DNA of 64,000 bases from Neoechinorhynchus agilis (GCA_051530055.1 CM121342.1:3223489-3287488); one strand, 5' to 3'. Positions 1-12,198 are shown, counted from the stretch's first letter. The notes: generated by a model not told the origin, from the sequence alone. Translations and numbers: made by a program.

Positions 1-169
1 TCGAAGATAATTGTTTTTAAAATATACGTTTTCTCTGATCTCCGCCAATTAGAGTTTCATTTACGGTGATTCGAAAATTTCATCTTTTAAGTCTTTTGTC
101 AAGCTCAACGCTGATTTTAGTGGCATTGATGATTGATAAAACGGGCCCAAAAAGGGATATAAATTGTTT

Positions 170-502
170 TTATTGAACCCTCGAATGTGAATTAGGTTTT
201 TTCGTGAAGAAATTCTTTACTTTCTGAACCATTCTGTTAATAGTTTTGCCTGCTTCTTTAAATGCTTCATCATTCATTGTGTATTTTTTGTTGTTAGTTT
301 CGATTCCATCAAAGAATCGGGATTTCCGGTTTAGGTGCTGGAAAGATTTGCCTTTGAAACCAATTTGCAGTTTATCAACGTCTCCAAAATCGATCTGATT
401 GGTTGAATTCAGTATTGGAGGCCCATTTCCATACAATGAACGTGATTGATGGAGCCGTACACAAAGATTCAAGGAAACAAAAGTCAAAGTTCCACAAATC
501 AT
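170..502 (-). CDS. Orphan ORF (~110 aa) with a cationic amphipathic C-terminal helix
   Basis: Open frame from ATG at 502. The C-terminus FKEAGKTINRMVQKVKNFFTKK is amphipathic. The N-terminus is only weakly signal-like and no family is recognised. It lies head-to-head with the 597 peptide gene. Confidence 0.35.
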   Translation of the reverse strand: MICGTLTFVSLNLCVRLHQSRSLYGNGPPILNSTNQIDFGDVDKLQIGFKGKSFQHLNRKSRFFDGIETNNKKYTMNDEAFKEAGKTINRMVQKVKNFFTKKPNSHSRVQ

Positions 503-596
503 CACATCACATGAAATTCTTTTTTTAATTTTTTTTTGCTACTATGGTGATCGCTAATTTAAAAAATAAAGTTCGTAAACTCTGGCACAGTTTTTT

Positions 597-839
597 ATGT
601 CAAAGTTATTAGTGTACTTTGTACTTGCTTTGATTTTCCAAGTTCAACCGTTTGCCGGTTTGCCGCCCCATTTCTACATGAATGCACCGATGGCCCAAAT
701 TACAACAGTTAGCGATGATATCAATTGGAAATATAAATTACTCTCAGCGTTTTCAAAGGTTGAGCGTGCTTTTAAGAAGCCCGAACCTCAAGAAATTGAT
801 CCTTTCCAAGCAAACAATTTACGCCGAAACAAAACGTAA
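597..839 (+). CDS. Small secreted peptide precursor, family A copy 1
   Basis: Hydrophobic signal MSKLLVYFVLALIFQV. Shares W..KLLS.FSK.ER.FKK.EPQEIDPF with the ORF at 2707, and this paralogy supports coding status. Confidence 0.75.
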   Translation: MSKLLVYFVLALIFQVQPFAGLPPHFYMNAPMAQITTVSDDINWKYKLLSAFSKVERAFKKPEPQEIDPFQANNLRRNKT

Positions 840-981
840 AGAATTGTGACTGATTTTATTAAAAAAAACGTTGGGACGTTGAGGTTTGCATAATTTTTAA
901 AATCGACTGCCAGTGGATTTTTTTTCTTAAGAGACAAAATTAGGCAATCTGTGCCTAATACACAAACTCTCAATCAGGAAA

Positions 982-1587
982 TCAGCATTTTATTCTTGAT
1001 TTCAAATATTCATCTACTTCTTTTTGTGACTTGATATTTTCTGAAACTGCTAATAGGTCCTCATATTTCTCTACTTCTTCCTTGTTATATTCCTCGAAGT
1101 TAATTAACGAATCAAAAACGTAAAGATCCGCCCAACTTAATTTATCACCGACCATGTGCTTCTCACTTCCATAAATATTTTTTAAAATCTGAAGTCTTTG
1201 AAGAACAAGAGGAATTGTTTTATTCTTAAGCTTTTCCACTGCATCCTTCTGTTGATCTCCCTCAAAATGCCATTTTGCATCGTAGAACTCTAAGTTGGCA
1301 TCTAAAGCGGTGTCGACAACCGCATCCATCTTGGCACTTTCAAGATCATCGGGTTTACCTGCCAGTCCGTGCTTTCTCGCTAAATATCGTGCCATTGCAA
1401 GACTTTGTGGAAGAACCGTATTGTCGTTCAATGTTAGAACTGGTATTTGACCTAGCAATGCCGTTGATTTCAATTCAGGCCAATCCTCCTCAGTGACACT
1501 TTGATCTTCATATTCAATGCCAGCTACCACGGCTAAGAGGCGAACTATCTCGCCTCGTCCACGTTCTGCCCAGTACATGAACTTCAT
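982..1587 (-). CDS. GST: Glutathione S-transferase, sigma-class-like, intronless
   Basis: 201 aa with Y-W..RGRGE..R, GQIPVL, QSLAMARYLA and the C-terminal G.KLSWADL motif typical of cytosolic sigma/alpha GSTs. Confidence 0.95.
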   Translation of the reverse strand: MKFMYWAERGRGEIVRLLAVVAGIEYEDQSVTEEDWPELKSTALLGQIPVLTLNDNTVLPQSLAMARYLARKHGLAGKPDDLESAKMDAVVDTALDANLEFYDAKWHFEGDQQKDAVEKLKNKTIPLVLQRLQILKNIYGSEKHMVGDKLSWADLYVFDSLINFEEYNKEEVEKYEDLLAVSENIKSQKEVDEYLKSRIKC

Positions 1588-2706
1588 TGAAATTCAGAGC
1601 AAAAAAAAGAACGAGGAGAAATCTCATGAAGGAAACAATGTCAAGATTTATTCATTCTTTGATGCATGACAGAGGACTTACTCATGTATTGAAATAGAGT
1701 TAACAAATGCCAATTGCACTCATGCTGCTCCAGTGGTTAGAAAATCACATATAACTTTTTTGCTGCTGACACATTCAGAGTGGCAGAAGTTAGATTTCCC
1801 CAAGGAAACAAAGCTGTCACAATTATACAGCAAATTTCATCAATTACATCTATTCTCTGATCTTCAATGAAATGGAAGTTTACTAAGAACAATTGCAATG
1901 TCAGATCTTAAGCTTCACAAATATTTCGCTGAAAAATAGATGAATTTCCAAAAAGTAAGCCTTCACTTGAGAAGTAGACGTGCTTAATCAAGATTCGGTT
2001 TGCTTAATCATCTTAATGGTTCCGATTATATCGAGTATTTTGTGCAATCTTCTTATCTAAGTTCGTTGCGAAAATCCTTTCCTAAGAGTCCATTCTACCA
2101 ATGAACCATTTGCTCGTTTAAATGTTAGTCAATGGAAGGCTATTAAATATCCACAAATGCCCTAAAATTGACGTTTTATTCAAATGTTTATTCCATCTAT
2201 AAACGAGATTTGCGATCAAAGTTCACTGTTCTGTAACATTAATCCCTGATCTAACCATAGATGCTCAATGTATCAATTGCAGTGGCAGATTGTGATTTTT
2301 GACTTTAAAAAGTGGTTCATTAATGAAATTCATTCGGTAACATTATGGTGGTATTTACACGAAATTATGTTAACAGATTTCCATTATAATAGATAACCAC
2401 GAAATTCTTGTATAGAAATTTATCAAATGATAGATGAGGAGCAAAAAGATGCTTTTTTTACGCTTAGAAGTTGAAGTTATGCTTTCAAATCTTGCTTTAG
2501 AGTCATTTAAACGCAAATTTTGCGTCCATTTTTGGGACGAATGCCCAAACGACTTTTGGTATAGCAACAAAAAGAATGAGAACGAAAATACAAACTGTAT
2601 CGATAATCATAAATAATTTTCCATCGAACAAGCTTAATCACTTTAAGGTTACCAAGGTTACTTTATCTAAATAGCTAAAACGCTTCCCTCCATAGTTGTA
2701 GCACCC

Positions 2707-2958
2707 ATGAAGTTGTCGTTAATGATTTTTGTGCTGTTATTGGTATTTCAAGTCCTATCGCTTCATAGCAATTCTTATCCATTTTATTCGAAACTGAACG
2801 TCGGTCAAACTCCAGTTAAGCGTCCAACTCATCGCAGGAGATGGCAAGAAAAGTTGCTTTCGTTGTTCTCGAAGATTGAACGAATTTTTAAAAAGATGGA
2901 ACCACAAGAGATCGATCCCTTTCGGAGAAAAAAGTCGAGCCGCCGAATAAGGATGTAA
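2707..2958 (+). CDS. Small secreted peptide precursor, family A copy 2
   Basis: Signal MKLSLMIFVLLLVFQV. The conserved core WQEKLLSLFSKIERIFKKMEPQEIDPF is flanked by basic clusters (RRR before, RRKK after). Confidence 0.75.
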   Translation: MKLSLMIFVLLLVFQVLSLHSNSYPFYSKLNVGQTPVKRPTHRRRWQEKLLSLFSKIERIFKKMEPQEIDPFRRKKSSRRIRM

Positions 2959-3280
2959 AGCCAGTCGTTTGCTAACGTTTCAATGCAGGAGATGACTTTT
3001 TAATGATAAAAACCAATCGATTTCTCGCAATGATAATAAAAATAAAAGTGTTTTGTCGATTGTGACTACGGTGTTAAAAGTCATGACTTAAGCAGCCAGG
3101 GATTCCTTTTTAGGATTGTTGTAAATGCGCTGTATGAGCGTTTCTTGATCATCATACGAATTCTCAAAAATCCTTAGTATTTCCATTCACTCAGTTTAAT
3201 ATTTGTCTTATTTGTTGCTCGCTAACAATTAAGCGATAGTAAACTAAAATGAAAAAAAATCAATTTGATATTCATTTTAA

Positions 3281-3487
3281 TGTTTGTTTATGGCGGAAAT
3301 TTTATTAGAATTTATTAAATCCGATATTTCAGCACACAATCTCATGTCATTAGCAAGATTGTAAAATTGTCCAATCCCGTTCAATTGCGGATATAACACT
3401 TTTACAACCTTTATAAAGGTGCTCAAGATTGTGCGCCGAAATATCCGATTTAATAAATTCATTTAATTTTTCGGCCATAAACAACCA
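3281..3487. mobile_element. Fold-back MITE-like element, TGGTTG/ATCCGATATTTCGGC family
   Basis: Left arm TTTATGGCGGAAA...AAATCCGATATTTCAGCACACAATCT is the near reverse complement of right arm AGATTGTGCGCCGAAATATCCGATTT...TCGGCCATAAA. Related copies at 25981 and 56157. Confidence 0.8.
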
Positions 3488-3603
3488 TGAATTATTCAAT
3501 TTTCAAACATTTATTTTAATCGAAAATATTAGTTTAGGCCGGTTTTCCAACTTTGCAATATCAGACAGTCTTATTTACAAGTCGACAGAATATTCGATGT
3601 TTG

Positions 3604-5587
3604 CTAAAGTCCATCATCGATAACAACCCTAGAAATGTTTCCAATCTTTCTCACGCATTCCCACACATTGAACAATACTGTGTACAAACGACGATTAATC
3701 GCATTGTAATGCTCATCTGCTAGCACCGGAGAGATGGGATCTCCATCAAGAGAAGATTTTAGTGCATCTCCAATTGTCATTTGTCCTGTAAACCTGAAGA
3801 GTTTTTTCGTCGTTGAGTATCGAATAAAACAGCACTGTTTTAAGGGTTCGATGATTGATTGGTCATCGCTATCATATCGACCAAACCCCCTACCTTGATC
3901 GATGTGGAAGATTGTAGAGTCGTTTAGAACAAGACAGTTTGGCCTTCTATTTGAGTATCTTATTTAAAGACAGGTCAAAGTATCTGCTGTAAGAGGTCTT
4001 CAATCTTTACCAAGTGATGTCGATCAAGGTTTCCAATAAGGAAATCAAAAATACTTTGGTCAATCATGTCCAGCATAAGTCGGGAATGGAATCCCTCATC
4101 CGAAAATACACTTTCTTCGCAGTAACTCCCGTTATTTTCCCATTCGGCAATCCTTCGTGCACTATACGACCTCCTAAATGGATGTGCCATACGGATCCAT
4201 GTGACAACGGGATCGCTTGGAAGCAATAACTGCATCGATACTTCAACCAAATCCTTATTTTTACCACAAACAGCATGCATTGTATCGCAATAGTATTTAC
4301 ATCGACCGCGAAAGCAAACATTACCAGCAGGGGAAACGAAAAAGGTGGATAAAAGATCGTCGATGGTATTAGGGATGATATCTCGACTGATATTGAGAAT
4401 TCGGCCTATCGTTGGAGGTGTTCTATAAAACCCGAGAACTTTGTCCACATGAAACGCGGCTATTTCAGCATTGTGGCGTTCAATGTCAGAAAAATAGAAA
4501 TGATCAGGCGGCGTTTGATACAGACGAGATACGCGATACGGTTTAGCAATCGCTACGTTTCCATCTTTCAAATATATTCTTAGCTTCATCTGAGTACCCT
4601 TTTCCATCTCATCAACGGCCACAATCGGAGAATTAGATAAACTGGTCAATATTTTACTTAGATTATCGGGGTCTTTTGGAAGTCCATGCTCAGATATATG
4701 AGAATGATAAAGTGTCCATACATCATTGGATCCCATGATGGTTTTGTTAAGCATCTTTTCTTTTTCACGGATTACCTTGTCTAGATGGACAACGCCTCGG
4801 TCCATCCGTTCACGCTTTTCTTCCAATATTGCCTTGATTATAAGCGATCGGACGTCCTCGACCTTACTAATAAAGTCTGATGAAAGTTGTTGGTTCATAT
4901 TTGTGATACTTTGCTCGTTTCTAGCAAGTAGATCCTTTAGTTTTGTAGTACATATCGAGACGTAGATATTGATTTTATTTTGTGGGGATCGTTAAGGATG
5001 CTTAGTTTTTTTGAGACAAAAACGTTCCCAATGTTGAAAAAGCACACTTGGTAATCTTCCTTTGCCCATAACCCCGGTGTCATATTGCGGAGACCGTCGA
5101 TTCGGTGAAGAATTATGACATTTAATGGTGATGCAAGATGGAAACTCAAGGTAGTAGCAGTAGGATGATACATGAAATAATGCGGAAAAATAATATTTTT
5201 TCTCCTTGGTAATGGGAAATAAGCCAATCATAGAAAAAAAAGGGTTAGATTAAAAGCAAACAAAGGGAAATAAGAGGATCTTAAATTCGATTTGCATGAA
5301 TTCTTTGAAAATTACGATCCTCACTGCTCGCTACTGTCAAATTGACTTTTACTTTCATGAAGTTTATCTTCATGTACAGATTGTCCGCACCCAAGGAGAC
5401 CACAATCGAATTTAGTGAACGCTTGACCTGGAAATCGATGTTTGGGTCGTTTCTCCAATCGATCATGAGCAAATAAATCGGATTCGTCGATCTTGTTGGC
5501 CTTGAAAGCCAGCATTAAGGTCACGAAGAGGGCTGCGCTGATTGAGACGGTCAAGATAAATCGCTCGTTCAACTTTCGGCGTCTCAT
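3604..5587 (-). CDS. FAM20C: FAM20C-family secretory-pathway kinase (multi-exon, approximate model)
   Basis: N-terminal type II TM (MRRRKLNERFILTVSISAALFVTLMLAF). Core motifs GTQMKL, FYFSDIERHNAEIAAFHVDKVLGF, CF.G.C.YYCD, DF LIGNLDRHH, HIDQGRGFG and EPLKQCCFIR...DPISPVL..EHY.AINRRL follow FAM20C. Stop at 3604-3606. Upstream exon boundaries are uncertain. Confidence 0.9.
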
Positions 5588-6070
5588 TGTAAATGTGTGT
5601 GGCTAAAACGAAAGGGATTTTGTAAGATGAGAGTATTCGGAAACCGTTGGTGTATTTGTCAGCGTGAATAATTTTTATAGGAAGTCTGATGGGTGCAAAA
5701 AGTCCTCCCATCACATCAGGAAAGACTGGAGAAAGTGCTTTCATGCGTACGTTTCGTGTGGTGAAGGCGGAGGCGGCGGCGGCGGCGCAACCACCCTTCA
5801 AATATGCTCTAGAATGTGATTTGTTGGCACAATGATGATCACTGCGAACGGTTTTTTAGGCTGAAAATTCGCATTTCCACTGGTCCGTGAAATTAGTCCG
5901 CTTCTAAGATGCCAACGTGCGGTGATTGGTGCAACAAAAAAAACATAACCGTCTAATTGTGTTGTGTATGTTCAATGCGTTCAGTCTAGTTCGTGAGAAA
6001 GAGAAGTGGCGGAATTCTAGAACATTCTTTTTCTAACTGAAGGAGACATGTACAGACTAAAGACAACACA

Positions 6071-8270
6071 ATGTCTAAGATGGTAAGACTTTGCTTAAAA
6101 TAGTGCTTTTTTTATTCTTTTTCAAAAAAAGGACTTAAAATCGATTACTAAAAAACTATGTGCGTGAGATTCTTTATTTCATGTCTAAGAAGGTAAGATT
6201 TTGCTTAAAATAGTACTTTTTTTATTCTTTTTCAAAAAATAGGACTTAAAATCGATTACTAAAAAACTATGTGCGTGAGATTCTTTATTTCATGTCTAAG
6301 AAGGTAAGATTTTGCTTAAAATAGTGCTTTTTTTATTCTTTTTCAAAAAATAGGACTTAAAATAGATTACTAAAAAACTATGTGCGTGAGATTCTTTATT
6401 TCATGTCTAAGATGGTAAGATTTTGCTTAAAATAGTGCTTTTTTTATTCTTTTTCAAAAAATAGGACTTAAAATCGATTACTAAAAAACTATGTGCGTGA
6501 GATTCTTTATTTCATGTCTAAGAAGGTAAGATTTTGCTTAAAATAGTACTTTTTTTATTCTTTTTCAAAAAATAGGACTTAAAATCGATTACTAAAAAAC
6601 TATGTGCGTGAGATTCTTTATTTCATGTCTAAGAAGGTAAGACTTTGCTTAAAATAGTACTTTTTTTATTCTTTTTCAAAAAATAGGACTTAAAATCGAT
6701 TACTAAAAAACTATGTGCGTGAGATTCTTTATTTCATGTCTAAGAAGGTAAGACTTTGCTTAAAATAGTGCTTTTTTTATTCTTTTTCAAAAAAAGGACT
6801 TAAAATCGATTACTAAAAAACTATGTGCGTGAGATTCTTTATTTCATGTCTAAGAAGGTAAGACTTTGCTTAAAATAGTGCTTTTTTTATTCTTTTTCAA
6901 AAAAAGGACTTAAAATCGATTACTAAAAAACTATGTGCGTGAGATTCTTTATTTCATGTCTAAGAAGGTAAGATTTTGCTTAAAATAGTACTTTTTTTAT
7001 TCTTTTTCAAAAAATAGGACTTAAAATCGATTACTAAAAAACTATGTGCGTGAGATTCTTTATTTCATGTCTAAGAAGGTAAGATTTTGCTTAAAATAGT
7101 GCTTTTTTTATTCTTTTTCAAAAAATAGGACTTAAAATAGATTACTAAAAAACTATGTGCGTGAGATTCTTTATTTCATGTCTAAGAAGGTAAGATTTTG
7201 CTTAAAATAGTGCTTTTTTTATTCTTTTTCAAAAAATAGGACTTAAAATCGATTACTAAAAAACTATGTGCGTGAGATTCTTTATTTCATGTCTAAGAAG
7301 GTAAGATTTTGCTTAAAATAGTACTTTTTTTATTCTTTTTCAAAAAATAGGACTTAAAATCGATTACTAAAAAACTATGTGCGTGAGATTCTTATTTCAT
7401 GTCTAAGAAGAAGATTTTGCTTAAAATAGTGCTTTTTTATTCTTTTTCAAAAAATAGGACTTAAAATAGATTACTAAAAAACTATGTGCGTGAGATTCTT
7501 TATTTCATGTCTAAGAAGGTAAGATTTTGCTTAAAATAGTACTTTTTTTATTCTTTTTCAAAAAATAGGACTTAAAATCGATTACTAAAAAACTATGTGC
7601 GTGAGATTCTTTATTTCATGTCTAAGAAGGTAAGACTTTGCTTAAAATAGTGCTTTTTTTATTCTTTTTCAAAAAATAGGACTTAAAATCGATTACTAAA
7701 AAACTATGTGCGTGAGATTCTTTATTTCATGTCTAAGAAGGTAAGATTTTGCTTAAAATAGTACTTTTTTTATTCTTTTTCAAAAAATAGGACTTAAAAT
7801 CGATTACTAAAAAACTATGTGCGTGAGATTCTTTATTTCATGTCTAAGAAGGTAAGACTTTGCTTAAAATAGTGCTTTTTTTATTCTTTTTCAAAAAATA
7901 GGACTTAAAATCGATTACTAAAAACTATGTGCGTGAGATTCTTTATTTCATGTCTAAGAAGGTAAGATTTTGCTTAAAATAGTACTTTTTTTTATTCTTT
8001 TTCAAAAAAAGGACTTAAAATAGATTACTAAAAAACTATGTGCGTGAGATTCTTTATTGCGAAATCGCTGACAAAAATGGGCGGATCAAACCCCGAGAAA
8101 TATTCTCTTATTACTTATTATTTCGTGTCTAAGATGGTAAGATTTTGTTTAAAGTAGTGCTTTTTTTTTATTCTTTTTCAAAAAATAGGACTTAAAATAG
8201 ATTACTAAAAACTATGTGCATGAGATTCTTTATTGGGAAATCGCTGACAAAAATGGGCGGGACAAAATCC
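6071..8270. repeat. Tandem satellite, ~111-bp unit, ~18 copies plus longer terminal variant units
   Basis: Unit starts ATGTCTAAGA at 6181, 6292, 6403, 6514, 6625 and onward. The last units carry an extra GAAATCGCTGACAAAAATGGGCGG block. Confidence 0.97.
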
Positions 8271-8719
8271 ACCTCTTCAGACATTGCTCGTTGATTTATC
8301 CGCACAACAAGAATATCTTTCCACCCGAATGTGATCCTGCATGAAATTTAAAAGGATTGATTGATTCTAATTGTTTTCGCCGTTATCTGTTACGCGTTTA
8401 TCAGTGGGTTTCTCGTCTAAGTTTTCTAACTTACAAGAAAAAACCCGAGCTAAAATGGCAAACTTACACAAGAAACCCATTGATAAACACGTACAAGATT
8501 GTGCCTTCGAAAACAATCTGATTTAATAAATTGCTTTGGTTCGCTCATTCAAAACTGACCATTTTGTATTCAGTATTAAATCGATTTTGTGTGTGCGTCG
8601 TTTCTAATTATAACAAACTTTTCGCCGATGTGGTCAAATTGACTAAAGCTCCTGATCTTAGTTTCAGGTTCAAAGGGTTCACATAATCCATTACCGTCGA
8701 TGGCTCATAACTAAAGAAA

Positions 8720-8895
8720 GGAATGAAATACCGATAAAGGAAAAGGAAGCTTCTGAAGATCTGGAGGGATGCGTACAAATTCACAATCGTATGATGGTTC
8801 AACAGGGTATTAAGTGTGATTTTAAGCGCTTCTCCGAACCAATGAATCGGTTGGTTGTGTGCCCAAGCAATAAAATTATCAGCCGCGAAAAAGGC
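8720..8895 (+). mobile_element. Degenerate copy of the hammerhead-associated SINE-like family (subfamily 2)
   Basis: GAAATACC remnant, then TCTGAAGATCTGGAGGGATGCGTACAAATTCACAATCGTATGATGGTTC...TGTGTGCCCA...ATTATCAGCCG, which aligns by eye with copies at 29690 (+) and 43150-43260 (-). Confidence 0.5.
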
Positions 8896-10103
8896 CACAC
8901 TTTAAAACACTGAATAGAAATTACCGGCTGGTCAGACTTCAAAATAATATATCTATACGCAAATTGATCCGACGTGGGAGTAAATTTTAAAATTTTTACG
9001 ATTACTTAAAACGAGCAGTATACAATATTCGATTTTACAAACTATCCCCTTTATACATTGATCGACAATTCATAATCATTGACGAGTTTAGACAGATGCA
9101 CCGGATGGATTGCCTTTTGACGCGATTTACTGGATGGATATTACAAACAGATGCTTAGGACGAACACCCCAAGCCGAGAATTCGAAGGATTGATTTATTG
9201 ATCAGATATTTCCGCTTGTTCGTTGCAGCTGTTTTGTGGACTCTTGAGACAATTTAATCGTCTGAATCGGTAAACCGTACGTTTCAATATAGCGGCGCAC
9301 TAATTTCCATCCGCAAGCGCACCCGTTTAAACGGTAGATTTTGAATAAACGAATGTTTCGTTGGGTTTTAATGGTTTTAGTAGACTATTTTAATAAAATA
9401 GTGGTCTCATACCGCCGTTGACCTATCAAACCCCAACTCGCCGTTCGTTTTTTGATTCCACAATTCTACCCACCTCAGCATTTTTTGGAGCTTAATTGCG
9501 CATATTAAACGTGTTAAACAAGATAGAAGACTTATACTTGCAACGTCTCGTAAACGGGTTTTCTTAATTTCATTTCCTGATAGGACAAATAATTCGTTTA
9601 TGAACCAATAGACAAAAGCTCGGTGTATCAAATTGTGATTTGATTGGTGCCATCTTCCTATCGCCTTTGAGTTACATTTAACGATAAGTAACTTAGAATT
9701 GGTGAGACCTAGAAAGGTGATATCTCTTCAACCGGCAAACTGTTTGGATATCTAAATTTACTTAGTGATACGCCCGCTAGCGTTGTGCTTGTGTGGACAG
9801 TAAACTCCATGGAACTTTCATTCTATAAAACAATGGAAAACGCTTATCGGACGTACCGTTTAATTTTGATAGATGTAAAGAGCAATTCATCCGCAAGGCG
9901 AATGCCCTAGGGACGCATATGATATCTTCGCAATCCGGCTGTTAGCAAGATCATTCGATCGATTTTAATCTATCGCCTTTTATTAATTTCTTCTACCTGC
10001 TTCACAGAAATTATATCTCATTATTCATAACTATCTAGATTTTTCTTAAATTTCAAATTAGTATTTCAATAATCAATAAATTAGTTCAGAATATGTGCAT
10101 TGA

Positions 10104-10457
10104 ACTTACTATATTCCAGAAAACATCTTAAAAATCCCGGAATTTGTCCGTGACACTTTAGATTCCAGAAGCAAATCGTGGAGAGTAATTTTAGCAGCAC
10201 TTATAGTTTTTAACCTTCGTTGTCTCTGGGCATTACTGGCGTTTATAAATTTTGTTTGGGTTTATCCCTTCTATCTGCCTAAAACATGGAATTTTAACTC
10301 ATTGCAAAAGTTTACTTGTGCTCAAAATGCTGTTGAATATCGAATGAAATATCCTGCATTGCAAAATATAACCATTTTCGGTTTTATTATTCTATTCATG
10401 GTCTGGTATTTGCTATCAGTAGTAGCATTTGAGAAAATCAATTGCTGCCTTTACTAG
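10104..10457 (+). CDS. Probable terminal exon of an unknown membrane protein (two hydrophobic segments)
   Basis: 117-codon stop-free frame not in the ORF track (no early start codon): ...WRVILAALIVFNLRCLWALLAFINFVWVY...NITIFGFIILFMVWYLLSVVAF...CCLY*. Candidate acceptors at ttccag/ctttag. Confidence 0.4.
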   Translation, partial: TYYIPENILKIPEFVRDTLDSRSKSWRVILAALIVFNLRCLWALLAFINFVWVYPFYLPKTWNFNSLQKFTCAQNAVEYRMKYPALQNITIFGFIILFMVWYLLSVVAFEKINCCLY

Positions 10458-10514
10458 TACTTCGTCGGCAGCAAATGGCAATTTGAGCTTGTTCTAACGG
10501 TTAACTGCTCCAAA

Positions 10515-11630
10515 CGTGCAAATAATAGCATTATCTTCCTTAAAAATAAAATTTTAATTTGCACAACTTTGATCATTCAAGAAAAAGTATTAAAACTTTG
10601 TACGATAAAAAAAGAACTTTATCAATTCAAAAAGATGAACAATCAGGCTAAGCAATATTTGACACCCAATTGCTTGAGAATAGAATTACGTGCAAATAAT
10701 AGCATTATCTTCCTTAAAAATAAAATTTTAATTAGCACAACTTTGATCATTCAAGAAAAAGTATTAAAACTTTGTACGATAAAAAAAGAACTTTATCAAT
10801 TCAAAAAGATGAACAATCAGGCTAAGCAATATTTGACACCCAATTGCTTGAGAATAGAATTACGTGCAAATAATAGCATTATCTTCCTTAAAAATAAAAT
10901 TTTAATTAGCACAACTTTGATCATTCAAGAAAAAGTATTAAAACTTTGTACGATAAAAAAAGAACTTTATCAATTCAAAAAGATGAACAATCAGGCTAAG
11001 CAATATTTGACACCCAATTGCTTGAGAATAGAATTACGTGCAAATAATAGCATTATCTTCCTTAAAAATAAAATTTTAATTAGCACAACTTTGATCATTC
11101 AAGAAAAAGTATTAAAACTTTGTACGATAAAAAAAGAACTTTATCAATTCAAAAAGATGAACAATCAGGCTAAGCAATATTTGACACCCAATTGCTTGAG
11201 AATAGAATTACGTGCAAATAATAGCATTATCTTCCTTAAAAATAAAATTTTAATTAGCACAACTTTGATCATTCAAGAAAAAGTATTAAAACTTTTAGAC
11301 TTTATCAATCAAAATTTTTTTGCACAACTTTGATCATTCAAGAAAAAGTATTAAAACTTTGTACGATAAAAAAAGAACTTTATCAATTCAAAAAGATGAA
11401 CAATCAGGCTAAGCAATATTTGACACCCAATTGCTTGAGAATAGAATTACGTGCAAATAATAGCATTATCTTCCTTAAAAATAAAATTTTAATTAGCACA
11501 ACTTTGATCATTCAAGAAAAAGTATTAAAACTTTGTACGATGAAAAACAAGCAGAACTTTATCAATGCAAAAATAAAATGAACAATCAGGCTAAGCAATA
11601 TTTGACACTCAATTGCTTGAGAATAGAATT
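10515..11630. repeat. Tandem repeat, 174-bp unit, ~6 copies with one truncated junction
   Basis: CGTGCAAATAATAGC at 10515, 10689, 10863, 11037 and 11211. One frame is stop-free, giving the 58-aa repeat ORFs in the track. Confidence 0.95.
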
Positions 11631-12198
11631 TTAAGAAAGTAAGTTAATTTTAATCATCACTTTGAATATGAACTCTTAAGAATAAGTAGGAAAGTAATTT
11701 TAAAGCGAGATTTAATTCTCATATAGATCAATGAAATCGAGGACAAATAAACTCGCTCATATTGTAAAAGGAAACCGGCATATTTTTGAAACACTGTTCT
11801 TGTCTATAAATATTGTAAAATAAAAAACTCATTGCGGTTTTGATGTATGTATTCAATTTTACTTTTAAACCCTGAATTCAAAGCATAATTCGTGGACAAT
11901 AAAAGTCTCACATATTTCGTCTTCGTGAAAGCGTCTTATACTTTTAGGTATTCTTAGTATATAAATTAATGAATTTAAAGTTTTTCTTCGTGATTTCGCC
12001 AACATCATTCAGCACTCAAGTTTAAGTTTGAACGCACTGAGATAGTTTTCTCATTTAGTTTATTTAAACGGTGGCGGTGGAATAATAAAATCAAATGAAT
12101 AAATGATGTTGTTTTTAATGCAGACAATTGAACAAGATGAATGGGTCTTTTATTTTGCCTGAATTTACAGAGGGCTTTTATGCAAGGAAAGCAGTGTG

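Noticed and set aside
1621-2300. Semi-open frame with HAAPVV, faintly like a LINE post-RT motif
   Set aside because: Multiple stops and no other diagnostic motif, so it cannot be supported.
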